Of a DNA stretch of 47,598 nt, positions 9,233 through 17,478 are shown in pieces. A model generated the notes under the pieces. That model did not search any database, had not been told where the DNA came from, and worked only from the letters and a program-made list of their open reading frames with translations. The stretch comes from Fidelibacterota bacterium. GTDB lineage: Bacteria > Fidelibacterota > Marinisomatia > Marinisomatales > TCS55. How positions within the stretch are numbered: the stretch's first letter is position 1; the number at the start of each line of letters is the position of its first letter. The translations under genes were made by a program, and so were the position numbers. The stretch is from positions 1-47,598 of the forward strand of contig JAAZYT010000173.1 in NCBI GenBank assembly GCA_014239505.1, given 5' to 3'.

Positions 9233-10048
9233 ATGGCTGAATTAATAATTGTGTTTAGAGAAGTTTTAGAAGCCTCATTAATAGTGGGCATCTTATATAC
9301 GTACCTTAATCAGACTAATCAAATGGATTCTATAAAATCACTTTGGCAGGGCGTAATTGTTGCTTTAGTTGCTAGTGTCATTGGTTCTTTTTTATTTCAG
9401 AAATTAGCTGGCGGTTTTCAAGGTCAAGCAGAAAAATTATTTGAAGGCTTTGTAATGATAATTGCTGCAATCATTCTAGGCACTATGATTGTTTGGATGG
9501 CAAAAAATAAAAATATTGCTGAAGACTTAAAGAATAAAGCAGATCATGCTTTAGCAAGTTCTAAAGTTAATTATGGAATATTTGCCTTAGCTTTTATTTC
9601 AGTATTTAGAGAAGGTATTGAAACAATACTTTTTCTTTATGGAGTAATGATGAAGGAAGGTAGTTTATCAATTTCGCTTTCATTATTAGGTGCAGTTATT
9701 GGTGTAGGGATTGGTATATTAATATTTGTTCAAGGTAAAAAAGTGCCTTTAAAAACTTTTTTCAATGTTAGTTCTGTTATACTCATTTTCGTAGCAGCTG
9801 GTATGCTTGCTTATGGTGTGCATGAATTAGAATCAGCTGGATTAATCCCAAACTATGGAAGAATATGGGATATCAACCCAGCAAAGTTACTTGATGGGTC
9901 TTATCCATTATTTCATGATAAAGGTCATATCGGTAGTCTATTTAAAGGATTATTTGGATACAATGGAGATCCAAGCCTAATAGAACTTGCTTCATGGTTG
10001 TTAACAATTAGTGTGTTAACAGTTATGTGGAAAAAAAATATAGATTAA
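9233..10048 (+). CDS. FTR1/EfeU-family high-affinity iron permease
   Basis: Two REXXE motifs (REVLEAS and REGIETI) in a 7-TM protein of 271 aa. Confidence 0.85.
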   Translation: MAELIIVFREVLEASLIVGILYTYLNQTNQMDSIKSLWQGVIVALVASVIGSFLFQKLAGGFQGQAEKLFEGFVMIIAAIILGTMIVWMAKNKNIAEDLKNKADHALASSKVNYGIFALAFISVFREGIETILFLYGVMMKEGSLSISLSLLGAVIGVGIGILIFVQGKKVPLKTFFNVSSVILIFVAAGMLAYGVHELESAGLIPNYGRIWDINPAKLLDGSYPLFHDKGHIGSLFKGLFGYNGDPSLIELASWLLTISVLTVMWKKNID

Positions 10049-10051
10049 TTA

Positions 10052-10104
10052 TTGACTAATGTATAATATCAATAGTAATATTAATAATGAGAATAAGTCT
10101 CAAT
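10052..10104 (+). promoter_or_regulatory. Candidate promoter (TTGACT-N18-TAATAT) followed by a Fur-type 19-bp box, AATGAGAATAAGTCTCAAT
   Basis: The box spans 10086-10104 and differs at one position from the copy at 9099-9117. It has the same 4-nt gap after the TAATAT hexamer. It lies 28 nt upstream of the TonB receptor ATG. Confidence 0.5.
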
Positions 10105-10131
10105 TGCAATATAAGCAGGGGAAATTAAAAA

Positions 10132-12582
10132 ATGAAAAAAAATTTAATATTAATTACAATTTTTCTTTCAGTATCAATATTAAGTGCTAGTGAAGTCATA
10201 ATGGGCTATGTAATTAATAGCGCTAGTCAAGAACCATTATCTGATGTAAATGTTATAGTATTAAATCAAGAAGTAGGTTCTTCAACTGATAGTTATGGTT
10301 ATTTTCAAATTCAATTACCTCAAGAATTTTCTGAAGTATTTATTGAAGCATCCGCAGTTGGTTTTTCAAAAGTCAAAAAAAAACTATCTAGAAAAGATTT
10401 AAAAAACACTCTTGTTTTTGAATTGCAATCAGAAGTTATCGAACTAGACCCTATAATGGTAATTAAGAATATCACTAGATTAGATAATGATTTTCTTAGA
10501 CCTCCGGGTTCAATAGATTTAGTAAGCTTTTCAGATTTAAAGAGATATAATGATACAGATGTAAATAGAATTTTAGCAAGAATCCCTGGTGTTTATGTTC
10601 AAGAGGAAGATGGTTTTGGACTGCGTCCTAATATTGGAATGAGAGGTACAGGTGTTGAAAGAAGTTCTAAAATAAATATTATGGAAGATGGAATTCCAAT
10701 TTCACCTGCTCCATATGCTTCACCTGCTGCTTATTATTCGCCAACAGCTGGTAGAATGCATTCACTAGAGGCAAGGAAGGGATCCTCTCAAATTAAGTAT
10801 GGACCTCACTCAACTGGTGGTGCTATAAATTATGTTTCAACACCAATACCCTCAAATTATAAATCAAATTTAAACTTGTTAGGTGGAACAAATAATGCTT
10901 ATACAATTAAAGCAAATATCGGAAAGTCTATTGGTTCATTTGGTTACTTATTTGAAATACTTCACGATGAAAATGATGGTTTTAAGCAATTAGATTTTTC
11001 AAATAATAAGACAGGTTACACTAAAACTGATTTTATGGGAAAACTAAGATATAAGTCAAACCTATTGAATCTCTTTCCAAACGCAATTGAATTAAAATTT
11101 AGTTCAACTAATGAATTAAGTGATGAAACGTATTTAGGATTAACAGAACAGGATTATTCAATAAATCCATATAGGAGATATTCATCATCTCAAAATGATC
11201 AAATGAAGGCAGACCACACGCAGTTTTCTTTAACTAATTCAATTCAGTTTAATAAAAATTCAAACGTGGCATTAGTTATTTATAGAAATGATTTTAAGCG
11301 AAATTGGTATAAGCTATCAAAGGTAAATGGAACTTCAATTGGCTCTCTGTTATCAGTGGGTAATTCTCATAAAAATTATTCATATCTATCGTCTAAAGAA
11401 ACTGAAAATGACGCTTATCAAATTAAAGCAAACAATAGGAAGTATTATTCTCAGGGAATTCAGATTGTATCTAATCTTAAACCAAATATTTCTAGTCATA
11501 ATTTAATGATTGGATTGAGAATACATGAAGATCAAATGGATCGATTTCAAAAAGTAGATAAATATGGCATGCAGAATAGCATTCTTAAGCTAACTACAAA
11601 TGGAATATGGGGTGTTGGATCGAAAAATAATCGTTTAGATAAGGCAACCTCATCTGCATTCTTTATTGAGGATCAATTTTCATTTAATAAATTTATAATT
11701 ACTGCTGGTATAAGATACGAATCGATTGAACTTACGAGGAATGATTGGAAAGGTGACATATCTTTACAAAATTTAAGTTGGAATGATCCTGAAAGAACTT
11801 TAGACCCAACACAAAAAACAAAGAATATTAATATTCTAGTCCCTGGAGCTGGGTTTATTTACCAATTGAATTCAAACGTTGAGATTTTAGCAGGAATACA
11901 TAAGGGCTATTCGCCTCCAGGTCCAGGGAAAGATGATTCACAAGATATCAAACCTGAAGAAAGTATTAATGTAGAGACTGGTTTTGTTATAAAAGATGGA
12001 TTGAATAAAGTTAAAACAGTATTATTTAATAATAGTTATTCAAATCTTCTTGGTGATGATACACAATTTGCTGGAGAAGGGTCTTATGACCAGTTTAATG
12101 CTGGAAAAGTAAACATAAATGGATTAGAGTTTGCTATCAATAGAATTTTTAAAAGAGGGAATCTTTTGGTTCCAATTGAATTTAATTATACTTACACCTC
12201 TACAGAATTTCTTTCAACATTTGAAAGTAGTTTTGAAGCATGGGGATCTGTAAATAAGGGTGATGAATTACCTTATTTGCCAAAATATCAAATGTTTGCT
12301 GAGATTGGAATTATAGCTAGAGATACGCGTTTTTATATGAAATTAAATAATGTAAGTCAAATGAGGACTAAAGCTGGTAGTGGTGCTATTGATGATAAAT
12401 CTGCTACTCAAAAGCTTACTCAAATTGATATATCTGGTGAATATAATTTAACGTCTCAATCAAATTTGTTTTTTTCTATTAAGAATTTAACAAATTCAAA
12501 AGCTATTGTATCTAGAAGACCTGCAGGCTTAAGGCCAACAATGCCTAAAACTTTTTCTGCAGGTATAAGGCTAAACTTTTAA
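10132..12582 (+). CDS. TonB-dependent receptor with an N-terminal CarboxypepD_reg-like domain
   Basis: Signal peptide MKKNLILITIFLSVSILSA. CarboxypepD_reg pattern GYVINSASQEPLSDVNVIV...TDSYGYFQI. Plug and barrel domains are present, and the C-terminus ...GIRLNF ends in an aromatic residue. Confidence 0.9.
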   Translation: MKKNLILITIFLSVSILSASEVIMGYVINSASQEPLSDVNVIVLNQEVGSSTDSYGYFQIQLPQEFSEVFIEASAVGFSKVKKKLSRKDLKNTLVFELQSEVIELDPIMVIKNITRLDNDFLRPPGSIDLVSFSDLKRYNDTDVNRILARIPGVYVQEEDGFGLRPNIGMRGTGVERSSKINIMEDGIPISPAPYASPAAYYSPTAGRMHSLEARKGSSQIKYGPHSTGGAINYVSTPIPSNYKSNLNLLGGTNNAYTIKANIGKSIGSFGYLFEILHDENDGFKQLDFSNNKTGYTKTDFMGKLRYKSNLLNLFPNAIELKFSSTNELSDETYLGLTEQDYSINPYRRYSSSQNDQMKADHTQFSLTNSIQFNKNSNVALVIYRNDFKRNWYKLSKVNGTSIGSLLSVGNSHKNYSYLSSKETENDAYQIKANNRKYYSQGIQIVSNLKPNISSHNLMIGLRIHEDQMDRFQKVDKYGMQNSILKLTTNGIWGVGSKNNRLDKATSSAFFIEDQFSFNKFIITAGIRYESIELTRNDWKGDISLQNLSWNDPERTLDPTQKTKNINILVPGAGFIYQLNSNVEILAGIHKGYSPPGPGKDDSQDIKPEESINVETGFVIKDGLNKVKTVLFNNSYSNLLGDDTQFAGEGSYDQFNAGKVNINGLEFAINRIFKRGNLLVPIEFNYTYTSTEFLSTFESSFEAWGSVNKGDELPYLPKYQMFAEIGIIARDTRFYMKLNNVSQMRTKAGSGAIDDKSATQKLTQIDISGEYNLTSQSNLFFSIKNLTNSKAIVSRRPAGLRPTMPKTFSAGIRLNF

Positions 12583-12665
12583 ATAAAAATAATTTTATTT
12601 GCTCATATATAAACATGTAGTTTAATTTTCGACTTAATATTCGAAACATAAAACGCTAAGTTGAA

Positions 12666-13268
12666 ATGATATCTGATAGACAAACAAAAGAACGCGAATT
12701 TCGTAAAGAACAAATTATAAAAGCAGCTCTCAGTGTTTTTAAAAATAATGGTATTGAAAAAGCTACTATGGATGAAATTGCAAAAGAGGCAGATTTTGGT
12801 AAAGCTACTTTATATTATTATTTTAGTTCTAAAGAAGAAATCTTCATTGAAATATTAAATCGTGGATGGAAGATGATATGGGAATCCATTGAACCGGTTA
12901 TTCATGATAGAGACAAACCAAAAGATACATTTATAGATGCTCTTAATATTATTGGTAGTCTAGTAAGAAATAACCAATCTCTTTTTGAATTTTTATTTAC
13001 TGTTCCTCAAAAAATGCCAAATTCATTAAATGAAGATGCTCATGATTGGAAAGGTTTCCAAAGAAAAATGTATGGTGTTTTTCAGGGTTTGCTTGAAGAT
13101 GGTATGGCTAAAAATCAATTTCCTCAAATGCGTTCTGATATTTTGATGCGGGCAATTGGTGGATTATTTCATGGCTTATTTTTTCTAGGTAATGAAAAAA
13201 AACCTATGTCTAGACAAACGATGGAAGAGTTTATAACAACATTTATTGGAAACTACGGTACTACATAG
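12666..13268 (+). CDS. TetR/AcrR family transcriptional regulator
   Basis: HTH region ATMDEIAKEADFGKATLYYYFSSKEEIF. 200 aa. Confidence 0.85.
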   Translation: MISDRQTKEREFRKEQIIKAALSVFKNNGIEKATMDEIAKEADFGKATLYYYFSSKEEIFIEILNRGWKMIWESIEPVIHDRDKPKDTFIDALNIIGSLVRNNQSLFEFLFTVPQKMPNSLNEDAHDWKGFQRKMYGVFQGLLEDGMAKNQFPQMRSDILMRAIGGLFHGLFFLGNEKKPMSRQTMEEFITTFIGNYGTT

Positions 13269-13293
13269 ATTTTAATTTCGAGCGGGGGAACTA

Positions 13294-15444
13294 ATTTTCT
13301 ATAATATTTCATATATAATTCTAATTTTATTTTCTTTTCTTCATGCAACGCAGGATGTAAATAAAAATAAAATCTCAGGTTTGGTTATTGATGCAAACAC
13401 TGGTCGTGGACTATATCAAGCTAATATTATTATTAATAAGACTGATGGTACATCTACAGATTTAGATGGGAAGTTTATTTTTTCAGGTGAATTTACTTTT
13501 CCAGTAGAATTAACTGTATCACATATTGGATTTAAAGCACAAACAAAATTTTTTGATAAAAAAAATATAGATGAAATCAAATTCATTTTGAAAAGAGAGT
13601 TTATCAAAATGAGTGAATTAGTTGTTACTGGAACGCGAACACAAAAATTACATGATAATGTACCTATAGCAACTGAGGTTATTTCACAAGATGATATTAA
13701 TAATTCGGGTGCGCAAAATATTGCAGATCTATTATCTCAAAGAGCAGGAGTTAGTTTGCAAACCTCTGTTGAAGGAGGTTCTGTTTTGAACATTCTTGGA
13801 ATGGATTCAAGATATATACTTATTTTAATGGATGGACAACCTATTACGGGTCGCTTTAACAATAGAGTTGCTCTTGATCAAATTTTAATTAACAGAGTAA
13901 AAAAGGTAGAGATTGTTAAAGGTCCAAATTCCTCGTTATATGGAAGTGAAGCTATGGCTGGAGTAGTTAATATAATTACTAAGGATACAGATAGCATAGA
14001 ATATATTGATGTATCTGGCCAATATAATAATACACAAAATAAATTTCAAAATACTGGAATAAAAAATGGCTCTCAAAATTTAAGTATCAATGGATATAAA
14101 CCGCTTAATAAAGTAAAAATAAAGTTCAATGCTAATTTAAATCAGATGAAAAATGATAAATCAATTCAATTAATAGAAATTGACAAAGTAGATAAACAAA
14201 TTCTAGGAGGTGGTATTGATTGGGAATTTAATAAGAATCAGAAATTTGATTTAAATATTCAAATGTATAATCAAGATGAAACTGGTAAATCAAAATTGAT
14301 GAATACAAACACAAAAATATTAAGGAACAATTTTTCTTTATCACATAATATTATTACTAAATCTAATTGGAATATTAAACAATCTATGAATTCAAATACT
14401 TACTCTCGTAATTATGTACAGATAAGACCATGGGGGGATGTAGAAAAAGATGATACCACAAATGAAGATTATTCAGAATATGAATTATTAGTAAATAAAA
14501 GTTTTGGTTCAAATGAAATTACTGCTGGTTTTGAGACATATAATGCTACTTACAAGAGTGACCGTATTCTTTCTGGAAAACAAAAGTTAAAGAATCAGAG
14601 TTTATTTGCGCAATATGATAAGGTTTTTTTAAATCAAATAAGTGCAATTATTGGTTTACGTATTGACAATTATAGTGAGTATAGTTCAGTCTTAAGTCCA
14701 AGAGTAGGATTTATGTATAGATTTAAAGAAAACTGGAAATTTAGAACTTCTTGGGGGCAAGGATTTCGAGCTCCATCATTTATGGAAAGGTTCATAGATT
14801 GGAATCATGTTCAATTCAATTATTTAGTTCAAGGAAACCCTGATCTTGAACCTGAAAAATCAGAAGGAATTAATATTGGCATTGAATATGTAAACACTTC
14901 AAAATATCAAATGAGTTTAATGTTCTATCAAACAAAATTTGAAAATTTGATAGAAGATTTTGCTATTAAACCTGGCTTATTAAGTTATCAAAATATTGAT
15001 AAAGCAACTTTCTCAGGATTAGAATTAATGTGCCAATTAAGAATCTCAGATCAGCTAGATAGTAGGTGGGGAATTAACTGGGTAAATAATGTTGATGGTC
15101 AAAATAAAACTATCCCTAATACAATACCTTTATCATTAACTGGCTCTACCAATTATAAACACCCAAAAAAACCTGTTAATTTTTCTATTAATACAAAGTG
15201 GGTAGGCTCTTATAGACCTCAAGAATATGACCCAATAAAAGGATTATTTGTTTTTGCAGAAAAAAAACTAGCTGCTTACAGTTTGATTAGGCTAAAAAGT
15301 ACAATCAAAATTAGTGATTATTTTAATTTAAGTATTGGCGTTAACAATGTGAATAATTACACAAATAATCGTTTTGGTCCGTTTGTAGGGAGATCAGCCT
15401 ATATTGAAATTTCAAGTAAAATAAAAAAGGGGAACAAACAATGA
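13294..15444 (+). CDS. TonB-dependent receptor (CarboxypepD_reg + plug + barrel), possibly a haem/iron receptor; the 5' end is uncertain
   Basis: The track ORF starts at TTG 13381, which falls inside the conserved ISGLVIDANTG...TDLDGKF domain. The frame is open from 13276 and encodes a signal-like segment, YIILILFSFLHA. The plug contains ELVVTGTRT. An ATT at 13294 lies 5 nt after a GGGGG run. Confidence 0.85.
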   Translation: MFYNISYIILILFSFLHATQDVNKNKISGLVIDANTGRGLYQANIIINKTDGTSTDLDGKFIFSGEFTFPVELTVSHIGFKAQTKFFDKKNIDEIKFILKREFIKMSELVVTGTRTQKLHDNVPIATEVISQDDINNSGAQNIADLLSQRAGVSLQTSVEGGSVLNILGMDSRYILILMDGQPITGRFNNRVALDQILINRVKKVEIVKGPNSSLYGSEAMAGVVNIITKDTDSIEYIDVSGQYNNTQNKFQNTGIKNGSQNLSINGYKPLNKVKIKFNANLNQMKNDKSIQLIEIDKVDKQILGGGIDWEFNKNQKFDLNIQMYNQDETGKSKLMNTNTKILRNNFSLSHNIITKSNWNIKQSMNSNTYSRNYVQIRPWGDVEKDDTTNEDYSEYELLVNKSFGSNEITAGFETYNATYKSDRILSGKQKLKNQSLFAQYDKVFLNQISAIIGLRIDNYSEYSSVLSPRVGFMYRFKENWKFRTSWGQGFRAPSFMERFIDWNHVQFNYLVQGNPDLEPEKSEGINIGIEYVNTSKYQMSLMFYQTKFENLIEDFAIKPGLLSYQNIDKATFSGLELMCQLRISDQLDSRWGINWVNNVDGQNKTIPNTIPLSLTGSTNYKHPKKPVNFSINTKWVGSYRPQEYDPIKGLFVFAEKKLAAYSLIRLKSTIKISDYFNLSIGVNNVNNYTNNRFGPFVGRSAYIEISSKIKKGNKQ

Positions 15445-15956
15445 AAAAACTACTAATTGGAGTATCAATGTTAATGATGCTACCATTTATTGCTTGTGAA
15501 GATAATAAAGAAGATGAAGCTCAAAAATCAGTAAATATCATTGAAATAACTACGGATAATGTTAATGATGGTCCGTACTATTTTAATTTTGCAGATGCAG
15601 AAAAAAATAGTACTAATTGGCATTTATCATATCAAAACTTGGATGCTGGCGGTGGTAATTATATGCCAAGTTTCTCACTTGCTAATACAGTGATGTTAAA
15701 TGTAGATAAATCTTTAAGCTTTGAAGATATTAGTGAAATCCCAGAGACAAGCTTATTTGCTCCTTCAAATGGAAAGCTTGGATATATGGGAGAGCATGAA
15801 GTCTTAACGTATGATACGCAAGTGCATAAAATAAACGTTTCAGACAGCAACTATATCATTTATGATACCATCTCTCATAAAGTATTTAAAATTCATTTTG
15901 ATGAGTATAGTTCAGGGGTTGTCATGTTTAGATTTGCTGAATTAGCATCAAATTAA
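15441..15956 (+). CDS. Lipoprotein, tentatively HmuY-like (haem-binding family)
   Basis: Lipobox LPFIAC in MKKLLIGVSMLMMLPFIACEDN. ATGA start/stop overlap with the receptor gene. The C-terminal pattern KVFKIHFDEYSSGVVMFRF resembles HmuY-domain proteins as I remember them. Confidence 0.4.
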   Translation: MKKLLIGVSMLMMLPFIACEDNKEDEAQKSVNIIEITTDNVNDGPYYFNFADAEKNSTNWHLSYQNLDAGGGNYMPSFSLANTVMLNVDKSLSFEDISEIPETSLFAPSNGKLGYMGEHEVLTYDTQVHKINVSDSNYIIYDTISHKVFKIHFDEYSSGVVMFRFAELASN

Positions 15957-16015
15957 TTACTCATATATATTTGATGCTCTTGTAGTCTCAAATAATTAAT
16001 AGTAAGTTTATTTTA

Positions 16016-16091
16016 GGTGCGGGAGCATTTGAAATCAGATTTGTAACCTCCTCATTAACCTCTTTCTTCAAATCAGGTTAGTTTCCGCACC
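16016..16091 (+). ncRNA. Candidate structured RNA element: an 11-bp closing stem around CU-rich anti-SD-like motifs; strand uncertain
   Basis: GGTGCGGGAGC (16016-16026) pairs with GTTTCCGCACC (16081-16091). The interior contains ACCTCCTC and ACCTCTTTC. It lies between the HmuY-like stop codon and a bidirectional terminator. Confidence 0.35.
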
Positions 16092-16101
16092 AAATTATTA
16101 T

Positions 16102-16137
16102 AAAAAAATAGGGCTAATTAATTAGCCCTATTTTTTT
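16102..16137. terminator. Bidirectional intrinsic terminator
   Basis: A7 + perfect 22-nt palindrome TAGGGCTAATTAATTAGCCCTA + T7, located between convergent genes. Confidence 0.8.
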
Positions 16138-16158
16138 ATAATCTATTTCAATAATATT

Positions 16159-17478
16159 TTATTCTTTTAAAATACCCAACTGGCGATATTTTTCCTGATA
16201 TTTGTGATAAAGTATTTTATGTTTATCATTCATATCAACTTTTCTACCTTGTATATAAGCTTGTAGTATATTTGTTCTAATATCTAACGGATCACCATTT
16301 GAAATAAAAAGGGTTGCATCTTTACCTGGATCAAGCGATCCTACTTGTTTATCAATTCCTATAATTTCTGCAGCAGAAAGAGTAACTGACCTTAATGCAA
16401 TTTCTTTTGGAAGGCCATAGGCAGCTGCCATTGCTGCATGATTTGGTAAATTTCTTACGCTATAAGCACCTCCAGCAGATCCAGATGATGCAATGCAGAA
16501 CTGAACTCCAGCTTCATAAAGTAAGGCTGGAGATTTGTACGCTTGATCATAATCTTCAAATCGACGAGATGGCAGTGATGTAACATTTTCGTAAATAACT
16601 GGGATATTATTAGTTTTAAGTAATGTGGTTGTCCTCCATGCATCTCTGCCACCTACAATAATTATTTTTAAGTTATATCGTTTTGACCACGAGACAGCAG
16701 CTTCAATTTGCCTCACTTCATTTGCATGAATGTAGATTGGGAGTTTACCATTCACGTATTCCATAAGACTTTCAAAACGTAAATCTTCATTATGATATTC
16801 TTCTGCCTTTCGAGTCTTGGTTTGTCTGAGTTTAGAATATGCGCGACCTTCTTCTATCATTTTATCTAAACTATATAAAGCTGTTTTTCTTCTTTCAATT
16901 TGACGTTTAGATGACATTTGAAAGCGACCATTAGTTCTTATTCCCATATTAGGCCAATTTATATGAAGTCCACTTGGGTGAATGAGAGTAGCATCCTCCC
17001 ATGTCCATCCATCCATCATCATAATTGAAGATTGACCTGAAACCAAACCAGATCCTGGAATTACATTTGCAACAAGGACACCATTTGATCTTGTTGTTGG
17101 AATTATTTTTGAATCAGGATTATAAGCAACATTTGCTCGAACGTTAGGATTGAAATCACCTCTTTCAGAATGATCATTGGTTACTGGAACTGCATTAATT
17201 TCAACAAGTCCAATTCCAGATACAGCTGCAATTAAACCTGGATAGACATGCTTACCCTTCAAATCAATAACTTTAGTATCTATTGATGGTGAAATATTTT
17301 CTGCTATTCGCATTATTTTTCCATTCTCAAATAAAATAGCACCTTTAATGATTCCATTAGAAACAGTGTGAATCAAACCATTTTTTAATAAAATAGGTTG
17401 TTTTTGCGTGGGGGCAGGAATCTGTTCATTTGCAAAAATGAATGATGAAAAGAAAAGTCCTAATAATAAATTTTTCAT
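16159..17478 (-). CDS. Secreted amidohydrolase-family protein lacking the canonical HxH metal motif
   Basis: Signal peptide MKNLLLGLFFSSFIFA. Amidohydrolase fold, but GKHVYPGLIAAVSGIG occupies the position of PGLIDxHxH. 4-nt overlap with the upstream gene. Confidence 0.7.
   Translation of the reverse strand: MKNLLLGLFFSSFIFANEQIPAPTQKQPILLKNGLIHTVSNGIIKGAILFENGKIMRIAENISPSIDTKVIDLKGKHVYPGLIAAVSGIGLVEINAVPVTNDHSERGDFNPNVRANVAYNPDSKIIPTTRSNGVLVANVIPGSGLVSGQSSIMMMDGWTWEDATLIHPSGLHINWPNMGIRTNGRFQMSSKRQIERRKTALYSLDKMIEEGRAYSKLRQTKTRKAEEYHNEDLRFESLMEYVNGKLPIYIHANEVRQIEAAVSWSKRYNLKIIIVGGRDAWRTTTLLKTNNIPVIYENVTSLPSRRFEDYDQAYKSPALLYEAGVQFCIASSGSAGGAYSVRNLPNHAAMAAAYGLPKEIALRSVTLSAAEIIGIDKQVGSLDPGKDATLFISNGDPLDIRTNILQAYIQGRKVDMNDKHKILYHKYQEKYRQLGILKE

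Noticed and set aside
9163-9240. A 25-codon upstream ORF (MANLYSQRLYKETCKYKNIIKVNNG) starts in the hairpin loop and overlaps the FTR1 start by 8 nt.
   Set aside because: It has no SD-like sequence upstream, its start is buried in a strong stem-loop, and its composition is unremarkable. It is most likely a chance ORF in an AT-rich leader.
16016-16092. The element looked tRNA-like: a 7-bp GGTGCGG/CCGCACC acceptor-like stem, about 76 nt long, followed by A.
   Set aside because: Neither strand yields a T-arm. The 17 nt preceding the 3' strand cannot form a 5-bp stem with a TTC-type loop. There is no credible D-arm or anticodon arm geometry. I kept it only as a generic structured-RNA candidate.
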